Shown here in pieces: positions 47,099-54,994 of a stretch of DNA of 64,000 nucleotides; the first letter of the stretch is position 1, and each line of letters begins with the position of its first letter. Source of the DNA: Candidatus Roizmanbacteria bacterium (GTDB lineage: Bacteria > Patescibacteriota > Microgenomatia > UBA1406); assembly GCA_024654535.1 (NCBI GenBank), contig JANLHL010000038.1, positions 169,581 through 233,580 on the forward strand, read 5' to 3'. Under the pieces are notes generated by a model. That model was not told the DNA's origin. It did no database searches and was given only the letters and a program-made list of their open reading frames with translations. A program made the translations under genes and the position numbers.

Positions 47099-48139
47099 AT
47101 GAAAGTTGACCAAGCTCCCACAAATTGGAATGAGATTATTGTATCCTCTCGTCATTATCGAAATATTCAAAGAGCGCAACATGCTAAAGCGGAAGGTAAT
47201 GTAAATGAAGGTAGATTTAACAGAATGGTTGCGTTTAGGAGTAGTGTAATGAATCCGGTATCTCATTTGTTTGAAGATGAAAATTCTCCTTTGTATGACC
47301 CTCGTGCAAGTGTATTGGTAAGTGGTTCTTCTGCTGCATGGGATGGAAAAAAACAATTTAGAGCGGGTAGTGATATTGATTTTCTAGTTATGAGTGAGGT
47401 TCTAAATGATCCGGATAGATATGCAAATTTCCTAATGCAAGTTCAGTTATATGATCAAAGTTTTATAGACGGTGCAGGAGTTGCACCTGTATATTTTACT
47501 AATGCAAGTAGTGAAAGTGATGTTTTATATGTAGTTAGAGAACATTGGGAACGTTATGGAGGGATCAAGTATGTAAGAGGCGAGGATCATGCAAATCGTT
47601 ACTTACCAGTACACTTTCTATATTATCCAGGGTATAGGTCATTCTTTAGAAGAGAACCAGATAGATTAGCAAATAGATTGTTAGATTCATCTACGGTGAT
47701 ATCTGGTCATAAGGAATATTTTCCTTCCGACCCAGCAGGAGATACATTTACCTCAATGATGGACATGGCAAAATGGGAACTTGAACGTCACCTTGCTAAT
47801 TTAATACTTAATTATAATATTCTGCCACACGCTTTCGTTTTTCAGGGATATGCAGATAAAGTACTGCGTGTCGCAAGAGGTCCTTTAGTGCTAGATAAGT
47901 TATACCCCCCTGAATTCGAAGTAAATGTTGATAGAACAGTAGAACTATTGGATAGAGACTATTCAAGTGCTATTGGAGTTGGGATTAGGGATGCTTTAGT
48001 ACCGCTATTAAACATTCACAAAAATGGTTGGCCTAAGAGTGGTTTAGAAGCTACTGGTAGTACATTTGATGATTTTGTTGCAGGAGCTACAACGTTAATG
48101 CATTTAACTAACTATCTCATTACAAACCAAATTTCGTAA
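47099..48139 (+). CDS. Hypothetical protein with Pol-beta-type nucleotidyltransferase motif
   Basis: VLVSGSSAAWDGKKQFRAGSDIDFLVM fits G[SG]-x(9-13)-D-x-D. The remaining ~230 aa are helical-looking and unrecognised. Confidence 0.45.
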   Translation: MKVDQAPTNWNEIIVSSRHYRNIQRAQHAKAEGNVNEGRFNRMVAFRSSVMNPVSHLFEDENSPLYDPRASVLVSGSSAAWDGKKQFRAGSDIDFLVMSEVLNDPDRYANFLMQVQLYDQSFIDGAGVAPVYFTNASSESDVLYVVREHWERYGGIKYVRGEDHANRYLPVHFLYYPGYRSFFRREPDRLANRLLDSSTVISGHKEYFPSDPAGDTFTSMMDMAKWELERHLANLILNYNILPHAFVFQGYADKVLRVARGPLVLDKLYPPEFEVNVDRTVELLDRDYSSAIGVGIRDALVPLLNIHKNGWPKSGLEATGSTFDDFVAGATTLMHLTNYLITNQIS

Positions 48140-48159
48140 TCCAAGCTAAGAAAAGAAAC

Positions 48160-48333
48160 TTGTCCAATGGAGCTGAACTAGAATCAAATTACACTGATTT
48201 TCTTGCTGAATTTGCATCAAAGTATAAAATTACTATTCTGCGTTGGGAGGAAACTCCCGATTATTGTTATCGTAGATTGGTTGCTCAGGTCTGTAGAACT
48301 GTTAACATAACACTCAACGCTCATCTCAAATAA
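48160..48333 (+). pseudogene. Possible remnant of a DUF488-family gene (C-terminal third only)
   Basis: An ATG-less reading frame gives ...LSNGAELESNYTDFLAEFASKYKITILRWEETPDYCYRRLVAQVCRTV...*. ITILRWEETPDYCYRRLVAQ parallels the DUF488 signature (v)tLlC.E.dp..CHRrlvA, with the key C and H replaced. Confidence 0.3.
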
Positions 48334-48382
48334 ACATATTTCAAATGTATTTGATTTTTGTATATAATGAACCCATATATCT

Positions 48383-50497
48383 ATGGGTCGGAAGAAAGCT
48401 ATAAAAATACCGTTTACAAAAACGAAAATAAAATCGAACACTGTTTTTAGTGTATTTTCGTTACTCTTGTTTTTGACATTCGTGCTTCTTATGTTCTCAT
48501 TTAATCATCGAGCACAAGCGTTAAACTCAGTACAACGGTGGATGCTCGATTCATACGGTCGTGGCGCGTTTTTATTCCCCTTTATATTTTTATTATTGGC
48601 AGGTCTCTTTATTCAGACAAAAAAACTCAAAATTGTGAAGCCCAACTGGTTTATCGGGTACGTGTTATTGTTTGTTTCCTATTTGGCAATATTTCAGGCG
48701 GGAAGCATAGGGGAGAATATTTTTGTACAAACGTCATTTCTGATCTCTGCACCCGGCGCACTTGCTACTTATTTTGTCGTATTTCTCATAGGGCTGCTTA
48801 TTATGTTTGAGCTTTCTATCCACGAATTCCTCCAGCTTGTTGTAACCATTGGTAAACAAGTCGGAAAGATTATTTCACTTGTATTTACGAGCAAACCAAG
48901 CAAGAAAGCAGCGTCTAATAAAGACGATTTTGTGGGCGATTCACAGGCAATGCCGGTTCTACCTTTCAAGCTTCCACACGACCAAAAGCAGGTATCAGCT
49001 CAGCAGGAATTACCCGTTGATACAAAGTTTAAATCGGGTATAGCTGGCATATCAAAGAATTGGAAATTTCCATCGACAGCACTGTTAGATGACCCGAAGA
49101 ACATAGAGGCAGATCGAGGTGACGTAAAGAAAAATTCAGACGGCATAGAAGAGGCGCTTGAAAGTTTTGGTATCCGTGCGCGTGTACTCGATATCAACTA
49201 TGGGCCTGCGGTTACGCAATATGCTCTTCAAATTGCAAAGGGTGTTAAGCTAAATAAAATTACCTCGCTATCAAATAATTTAGCGCTTGCTTTAGCAGCA
49301 CCAAACGGGCAAATACGCATAGAAGCGCCTATACCGGGTAAAGCACTTGTCGGTGTCGAAGTTCCAAATATAAAAGCGCAGACAGTGACTCTAAAACAGA
49401 TGCTTACGTCGCCACTTTTTGCAGACAGAAGCAAGCTGTTGCAAGTGCCGATGGGGCTTGATGTTACCGGTCAGCCTGTTTCTATAGAAATAGATAGTAT
49501 GCCTCATATTTTAGTAGCAGGAACAACCGGCTCAGGAAAATCGGTGTGTTTGTCTTCTTGGATTTGTACGTTTCTTTATAGAACGACGCCAGATGAGGTG
49601 AAATTGCTACTCATAGATCCCAAGAGAGTAACATTTTCTATGTTCGATGGTATTCCGCATTTACTGACCAATATTGTGACAAATCCAAAGGATACGATAT
49701 CTGCTCTCCAGTGGGCAGTAAACCAAATGGATGAGCGACTTAAAATATTGGCCGAAGCAAAGTGTCGTGATATACAATCATATAACGAATCTGCAGAAAA
49801 AGAAGAAATACGCATGCCCCGCATTATTATCATAATAGATGAATTAGCAGACCTTATGATGTATGCATCAAAAGAAGTAGAAGATACGATAACTCGTATT
49901 GCCCAAATGGCCCGTGCTGTTGGAATACACTTGGTTTTAGCAACACAACGGCCCTCGGTTGATGTTATTACCGGCCTTATGAAAGCAAACATTCCAGCGC
50001 GAGTATCGTTTAATGTCTCAAGCATGATCGATTCCCGCGTAATCATAGATACGCCTGGAGCAGAAAAATTGCTTGGCAAAGGAGACATGTTGTTTGTTTC
50101 GCCATCTCAGCAAAAACCAGTCCGTATTCAGTCGCCTTTTGTCTCTGAACCAGAAATAAAACGGATAGTTGAACATTTTAAAAAAGTAGAAGCACCAGTG
50201 CACTATACAGAAGAGGTAACACAAGGAACAACAAAATCGATTATGGACTCAAGTGGCAAAATTACCTTTAAATCTGCAAATGGCGATCCACTTTTTGCAG
50301 ATGCAGTCCGTTTAGTCTGTCAGCATCGCAAAGCGTCGGCATCTTTTTTTCAACGATTTTTATCTGTTGGATACTCACGGGCAGCACGGCTTCTCGATGA
50401 TCTTGAGCGTGAAGGTGTTGTCGGTCCGTCGAATGGGTCTAAACCGAGAGAAGTTCTTGTGCGTGCCCCAGAGGAAGTTTTGGGTACGCCACAATGA
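48383..50497 (+). CDS. ftsK: DNA translocase FtsK/SpoIIIE
   Basis: It has N-terminal TMs, Walker A AGTTGSGKS, Walker B IIIIDELADLM and a C-terminal gamma winged helix (GYSRAARLLDDLEREGVVGP). Confidence 0.9.
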   Translation: MGRKKAIKIPFTKTKIKSNTVFSVFSLLLFLTFVLLMFSFNHRAQALNSVQRWMLDSYGRGAFLFPFIFLLLAGLFIQTKKLKIVKPNWFIGYVLLFVSYLAIFQAGSIGENIFVQTSFLISAPGALATYFVVFLIGLLIMFELSIHEFLQLVVTIGKQVGKIISLVFTSKPSKKAASNKDDFVGDSQAMPVLPFKLPHDQKQVSAQQELPVDTKFKSGIAGISKNWKFPSTALLDDPKNIEADRGDVKKNSDGIEEALESFGIRARVLDINYGPAVTQYALQIAKGVKLNKITSLSNNLALALAAPNGQIRIEAPIPGKALVGVEVPNIKAQTVTLKQMLTSPLFADRSKLLQVPMGLDVTGQPVSIEIDSMPHILVAGTTGSGKSVCLSSWICTFLYRTTPDEVKLLLIDPKRVTFSMFDGIPHLLTNIVTNPKDTISALQWAVNQMDERLKILAEAKCRDIQSYNESAEKEEIRMPRIIIIIDELADLMMYASKEVEDTITRIAQMARAVGIHLVLATQRPSVDVITGLMKANIPARVSFNVSSMIDSRVIIDTPGAEKLLGKGDMLFVSPSQQKPVRIQSPFVSEPEIKRIVEHFKKVEAPVHYTEEVTQGTTKSIMDSSGKITFKSANGDPLFADAVRLVCQHRKASASFFQRFLSVGYSRAARLLDDLEREGVVGPSNGSKPREVLVRAPEEVLGTPQ

Positions 50498-51102
50498 AGT
50501 TGCTGCATGAAATTTTGCGCGATATGCGTACCGAGCAAAATATAACGCTTGACCAACTTCGTACAACAACAAAAATATCCCGTTCTCAATTGACAGCTGT
50601 CGAAAATGGCGATTGGAATGTATTTCAATCACAAGGTTATGTAAGTGGCGTTGTGTCACGCTACGCTCAGGCTGTGGGAATGAATCAAGAAAAAGCGCTT
50701 TCTTTACTTCGCCGTGATATGGAAAAAAAGACCAGTGCATTTATTCGAGTTTCTGCGTATCGTGAGAGAAGTATGTGGTCGGTGTCGCTCGCTATCCTGT
50801 TTGCCATTGGTCTTGTTGCTGCTTTTTTTATTTTTCAATTTTCATCGATTATGAAAAGGCCAACTATCACGATTAACGCTACTTCATCGCATATTCGTAC
50901 GTCTGAACCATATATTATTTCTGGAAATACGGAACAAGGCGTGCTTCTTTATTTGAATGGAGAGAGAGTATACCAAAACAAAAACGGTGATTTTAATCAA
51001 GAATTATTTTTAAAAAAGGGAACACAGATGTTAGAGCTAAAAGCGATTGGCACGAATGGACGAGAAACCATGAAGACGCTCACGGTAGAAGTAAAGGAAT
51101 GA
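50494..51102 (+). CDS. RodZ-like HTH membrane protein
   Basis: It has an N-terminal HTH (LRDMRTEQNITLDQLRTTTKISRSQLTAVENGDW), a central TM and a C-terminal beta-rich domain. ATGA overlap with ftsK. Confidence 0.6.
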   Translation: MKLLHEILRDMRTEQNITLDQLRTTTKISRSQLTAVENGDWNVFQSQGYVSGVVSRYAQAVGMNQEKALSLLRRDMEKKTSAFIRVSAYRERSMWSVSLAILFAIGLVAAFFIFQFSSIMKRPTITINATSSHIRTSEPYIISGNTEQGVLLYLNGERVYQNKNGDFNQELFLKKGTQMLELKAIGTNGRETMKTLTVEVKE

Positions 51103-51115
51103 CTATCTTTTTTAT

Positions 51116-51144
51116 TTGACATTAGAGCCCAAAAATTGCAATAT
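51116..51144 (+). promoter_or_regulatory. Sigma70-type promoter
   Basis: TTGACA (51116-21), 17-nt spacer, CAATAT (51139-44); ATG 51153 lies 8 nt downstream. Confidence 0.5.
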
Positions 51145-51152
51145 ATAAGAGT

Positions 51153-51410
51153 ATGAATCTTGAATCAATACAAATAATTCTTATTACGGCGTTAGTTATC
51201 GGTACAGTACTTATGACTGTTATAGGCATTCAGCTTATTTTGATTTTGCGTGAAACGCGTCAAATGGTCACCCGTGCTAATAATGTTGCTGCTGGAGCAC
51301 AAAAAATTAGTTTATTTTTAGAGCGTTCTACCAACAGCGTTCAAGGGTTTTTAGAGGGTATGGGAGTGGTCGGTAAACTAGTACAAACGTTTACGAAAAA
51401 GAAGACATGA
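51153..51410 (+). CDS. Small N-terminally anchored protein (DUF948-like)
   Basis: The 85-aa protein has one TM (IILITALVIGTVLMTVIGIQLILIL) and then a helical tail. Confidence 0.45.
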   Translation: MNLESIQIILITALVIGTVLMTVIGIQLILILRETRQMVTRANNVAAGAQKISLFLERSTNSVQGFLEGMGVVGKLVQTFTKKKT

Positions 51411-51652
51411 ATGTGAGCAGCAGTGAACACCAAGGTTTTGTCACCGGTTTTGGTGTCGGGGCGGTCGTTGGCGCATGCGCTGCATATCTTTTAGTGACGT
51501 CCTCAGGCAGAAAAATACTTAGAAACGTGATGGATGTTGCCCAAGATATAGCAGATAAAGGTGACGAATATTTGCATTTAGACGATAATAAACCACACAA
51601 AACAGAGAATATAACTGGAATTATAGATAAGCTTAAAAAGAGCGTAAAGTAG
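51407..51652 (+). CDS. YtxH-like small membrane-associated protein
   Basis: It has a G/A-rich hydrophobic helix (GFVTGFGVGAVVGACAAYLL) followed by SGRKILRNVMDVAQDIADKG. ATGA overlap with the upstream gene. Confidence 0.5.
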   Translation: MNVSSSEHQGFVTGFGVGAVVGACAAYLLVTSSGRKILRNVMDVAQDIADKGDEYLHLDDNKPHKTENITGIIDKLKKSVK

Positions 51653-51670
51653 CAGTACGAAAAACTGCAC

Positions 51671-51699
51671 TTGACATGGGTATTATCCTTGTGTAGAAT
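51671..51699 (+). promoter_or_regulatory. Near-consensus sigma70 promoter upstream of rpoB
   Basis: TTGACA (51671-76), 17-nt spacer, TAGAAT (51694-99). Confidence 0.6.
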
Positions 51700-51718
51700 T
51701 AGTAGCCAACTGCAAAAG

Positions 51719-51748
51719 AAGCGTACTTCTGTACGCTTATTTTATTTC
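51719..51748 (+). promoter_or_regulatory. Terminator-like hairpin in the rpoB leader (possible attenuator)
   Basis: aaGCGTAC-ttct-GTACGCtt (8 bp) followed by attttatttc. It lies between the promoter and ATG 51771. Confidence 0.4.
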
Positions 51749-51770
51749 ATAATATTGGCAAGATTCATAG

Positions 51771-54700
51771 ATGGCGAACAAAAATATAAAAAACAAACAC
51801 TCTGAAAAAGCTTCTTTACGAGAAATAATAAGCTCATCTCAGTCAAAAGATCTTAAAGAATTGGATCTTTTGGAATTTCAAAAAGAATCATATAGCGCTT
51901 TTATAGAACAAGAATTTGACACTATTCTTACAGAATTTTTCCCCATAGAAGACTACACAAAGAAAAACTGGATCCTTCACCTTAACAAAGTGGAGTATCA
52001 AAATACTAAGATAAGCGTTGATGAAGCGTTTGAAAAACAACTCACCTACGAATTTCCAGTGTATCTACATCTTGAACTTGAAAACAAACAAACGGGAAAA
52101 ATGAGATCGCAAAAACTCTATTTTTGTGACCTTCCGAGAATGACAGATCGCGGGACATTCATCATAAACGGCATTGAACGATGCGTCATAGGTCAGTTGG
52201 TTCGTTCCCCAGGAGTTTACTTTACAGCAGAAATGGACAGAACTTCAGGGACAACTATTTATAATGCTGAAGTTCGCCCATATATTGGTGCATGGTTGGA
52301 TTTCTTTATTGGAAAAGGGAAACAAATAGAAGCAAAAATTAATAAGAGAAGGAAATTCCCAGTGACACTACTTCTGAAAGTTTTCGGTATGACAAATCAA
52401 GACATACGAAATGAATTTTCAGATTTGGACGAACAACTCTATAAGGACTACATAGAAGGAACGCTCAATAGAGACAAAACAAATGATACCGATGAGGCAG
52501 TTTTAGAATTGTACAAGAAGATAAAACCAGGTGAAGCATTAGTATTGGACAATGCGAAGGAAGCGTTTGAAAATCTTTTCTTTAATCCTCGTCGATACTC
52601 TCTCGCAGCGGTTGGTCGTTACAAAATGAACAAGAAACTGAGTCTTAATGTTCCAGAAAACGAAGAAGGTATGTTACTGACAAAAGAAGATCTTATAGCA
52701 ATAATTAAATATCTCGTAAATTTGGTTAAGACAAAAAACGGGTTTGATAATATTGATCATCTTGGAAACCGTCGTGTGAGGCGTGTTGGTGAGCTCTTAG
52801 GTATGTACGGCGTTCGCGTTGGTATGATGAGAGTTGAGCGTGATACGAGAGGACGTATGAGTCTTATTTCTACAGATAACGATGCGGCTCCATCACAAAT
52901 GATTAACCCACGCCCATTGATTGCTACGATAAACTCTTTCCTTAAAACAAGTCAGTTGTCCACCATAATTGATCAGACAAATATTTTGTCAGAACTAGAT
53001 AATTTACGACGCTTGACCGTGGCAGGACCAGGTGGTATCACAAAAAATAGAGCTTCATTCTCTATTCGTGATATTTCACCGTCCCAATATGGACGTATAT
53101 GTCCTATTAGAAGCCCAGAAGGCCCAAATATAGGGGTAGTAACCTACCTCGCTTTGTATGCAAAAGTAAATTCTTATGGTTTTATTGAAACACCGTATTA
53201 TAAAGTTGAGCATGAGAAGAAGAATGGCGAATTAATAGCACGACAAACAAGCGAAATTGTGTATATGAAACCAGATGACGAAGAGAATTATTACATAACG
53301 CTTTCTGCAGTCAAAAGAGACGACAAAGGAGTTTTCCTTGAAAAGAGAGTCCCGGTACGATATAAGGGTGAATTTATTGAAATAGCGAGTGAAAAAGTAC
53401 AGTATATCGATATTTCACCTCGTCAAGTTGTCGGGCTTTCAGCATCAATTATTCCTTTCTTACAGAATAACGACGCTTCACGTGCACTTATGGGTACTCA
53501 CATGCAATGTCAAGCAGTGCCATTGGTAAAAATAGAATCACCTTTCGTTGGGACTGGTATGGAAAGAGAAATAGCCCTAGGAAGCAAACGTACTATCGTT
53601 GCTCCTGAAGATGGCGTCATACGTTATGCCGATTCGAGCAGGGTAGTATTAAAAGGAAAAAGCGGGAAAGAATACGAATATCCGATTCAAAAATTCATCC
53701 GTACCAATAAAGACGTTGCGTTCAGTCAGCGACCTGCCATAGACAATGGACAGAGTGTTAAGAAATCAGATGTTATTATCGATGGGCCAAATAGCGATAA
53801 GGGTGAAATAGCTATCGGACAAAATCTTATGGTAGCATACATGGCATATGAAGGTTTGGGTTATGAAGACGCAATAGTTGTATCTGAGCGTTTAGTAAAG
53901 GATGACCTTTTGACCTCTATAACTATGGAAGAGTTTAAAGCAGATGTCGTAAGTACGAAACTTGGACCGGAAGAAATCACAAAAGATATTCCAAATATCC
54001 GCGAAGAGCGTTTAGCCCATTTGGACAAAGAGGGTATCGTAATCATAGGCTCCAAAGTTAAGGGGGGCGATGTTCTCGTTGGGAAAGTTGCTCCAAAGGG
54101 TGAAAAAGAACTTACTGCAGAAGAACGATTGTTAAAAGCAATTTTTGGTGAAAAAGCAAAAGAAGTACAGGATACTTCTCTCACCGTGCCATACGGTAAA
54201 GGTGGTACTGTTGTGAATATCCGCGTACTTGAAGAGAAAAAAGGCGCATCACTTGAACCAGGAGTTCTCAAAAGAGTGGTTGTACAAACTGCAGAACTTC
54301 GCAAAATAATGGTCGGTGACAAACTAGCGGGTCGACATGGAAATAAAGGTGTCGTATCGCGCGTGGTTCCAGTAGAGGATATGCCGTATATGGAAGACGG
54401 TACGCCGATCGATGTTATTATATCTCCACTTTCCGTTATTTCTCGTATGAATTTAGGCCAACTTTTTGAAACTCTTATGGGAATGGCAGCGAAGAAAAAT
54501 GGAACAAAATTTGCTCTTCCTGTTTTTGATGAAATACCAGAAGCAGAATTACAAGCCCAATTAAAACGTGCAGGGTTACCTGCTGACGGTAAATTTACCC
54601 TTTATAACGGTAAGACTGGTGAGGCATATAAGAATAAGATAATGGTTGGATATGAGTACATACTGAAGCTTGCACACATGGTGAAAGATAAGATTCATGC

Positions 54701-54992
54701 ACGATCTACTGGGCCTTATTCACTGGTTAGTCAACAACCATTAGGTGGAAAAGCCCAAATGGGAGGTCAACGTTTTGGAGAGATGGAAGTATGGGCTCTT
54801 GAATCGCATAGAGCATCACACGCTCTTCAAGAAATGCTCACCATAAAGAGCGATGACATTAAAGGTCGGAATATGGCATTTGAGGCAATTATTAAGGGAC
54901 TTGATATACCAGAGCCAAGTACCCCCGAATCATTCAAAGTATTATTGAAAGAATTGAATGCACTAGGATTACAAGTTGAACGATTACGATAA
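51771..54992 (+). CDS. rpoB: DNA-directed RNA polymerase subunit beta
   Basis: Motifs seen: RMTDRGTFIINGIERCVIGQL, GRICPIRSPEGPNIG, GRHGNKGVVS and QRFGEMEVWALE. Confidence 0.97.
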   Translation: MANKNIKNKHSEKASLREIISSSQSKDLKELDLLEFQKESYSAFIEQEFDTILTEFFPIEDYTKKNWILHLNKVEYQNTKISVDEAFEKQLTYEFPVYLHLELENKQTGKMRSQKLYFCDLPRMTDRGTFIINGIERCVIGQLVRSPGVYFTAEMDRTSGTTIYNAEVRPYIGAWLDFFIGKGKQIEAKINKRRKFPVTLLLKVFGMTNQDIRNEFSDLDEQLYKDYIEGTLNRDKTNDTDEAVLELYKKIKPGEALVLDNAKEAFENLFFNPRRYSLAAVGRYKMNKKLSLNVPENEEGMLLTKEDLIAIIKYLVNLVKTKNGFDNIDHLGNRRVRRVGELLGMYGVRVGMMRVERDTRGRMSLISTDNDAAPSQMINPRPLIATINSFLKTSQLSTIIDQTNILSELDNLRRLTVAGPGGITKNRASFSIRDISPSQYGRICPIRSPEGPNIGVVTYLALYAKVNSYGFIETPYYKVEHEKKNGELIARQTSEIVYMKPDDEENYYITLSAVKRDDKGVFLEKRVPVRYKGEFIEIASEKVQYIDISPRQVVGLSASIIPFLQNNDASRALMGTHMQCQAVPLVKIESPFVGTGMEREIALGSKRTIVAPEDGVIRYADSSRVVLKGKSGKEYEYPIQKFIRTNKDVAFSQRPAIDNGQSVKKSDVIIDGPNSDKGEIAIGQNLMVAYMAYEGLGYEDAIVVSERLVKDDLLTSITMEEFKADVVSTKLGPEEITKDIPNIREERLAHLDKEGIVIIGSKVKGGDVLVGKVAPKGEKELTAEERLLKAIFGEKAKEVQDTSLTVPYGKGGTVVNIRVLEEKKGASLEPGVLKRVVVQTAELRKIMVGDKLAGRHGNKGVVSRVVPVEDMPYMEDGTPIDVIISPLSVISRMNLGQLFETLMGMAAKKNGTKFALPVFDEIPEAELQAQLKRAGLPADGKFTLYNGKTGEAYKNKIMVGYEYILKLAHMVKDKIHARSTGPYSLVSQQPLGGKAQMGGQRFGEMEVWALESHRASHALQEMLTIKSDDIKGRNMAFEAIIKGLDIPEPSTPESFKVLLKELNALGLQVERLR

Positions 54993-54994
54993 CA

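Noticed and set aside
47099-48139. The NTase considered as a CBASS CD-NTase or another defence-system core.
   Set aside because: No effector, Cap or HEPN partner gene is adjacent. Only the generic G-S…D-x-D motif is visible, which is shared by many unrelated NTases.
48217-48441. A 74-aa minus-strand ORF between the NTase gene and ftsK.
   Set aside because: It overlaps the ftsK start and promoter and runs antisense to the DUF488-like remnant. It has no promoter geometry and an implausible F/I/N-rich composition typical of AT-rich shadow frames.
49576-50088. Long antisense or out-of-frame ORFs inside well-supported genes. Examples: 49576-50088(-) in ftsK, 53861-54322(-) in rpoB, 29654-30100(+) opposite ftsH, 45025-45399(-) in pnp, 10241-10606(-) in era, and 33769-34083(-) in the clp-like gene.
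   Set aside because: All lie wholly within genes that carry unambiguous conserved motifs on the other strand or frame. They have low-complexity S/T/F/I-rich translations. They are shadow ORFs.
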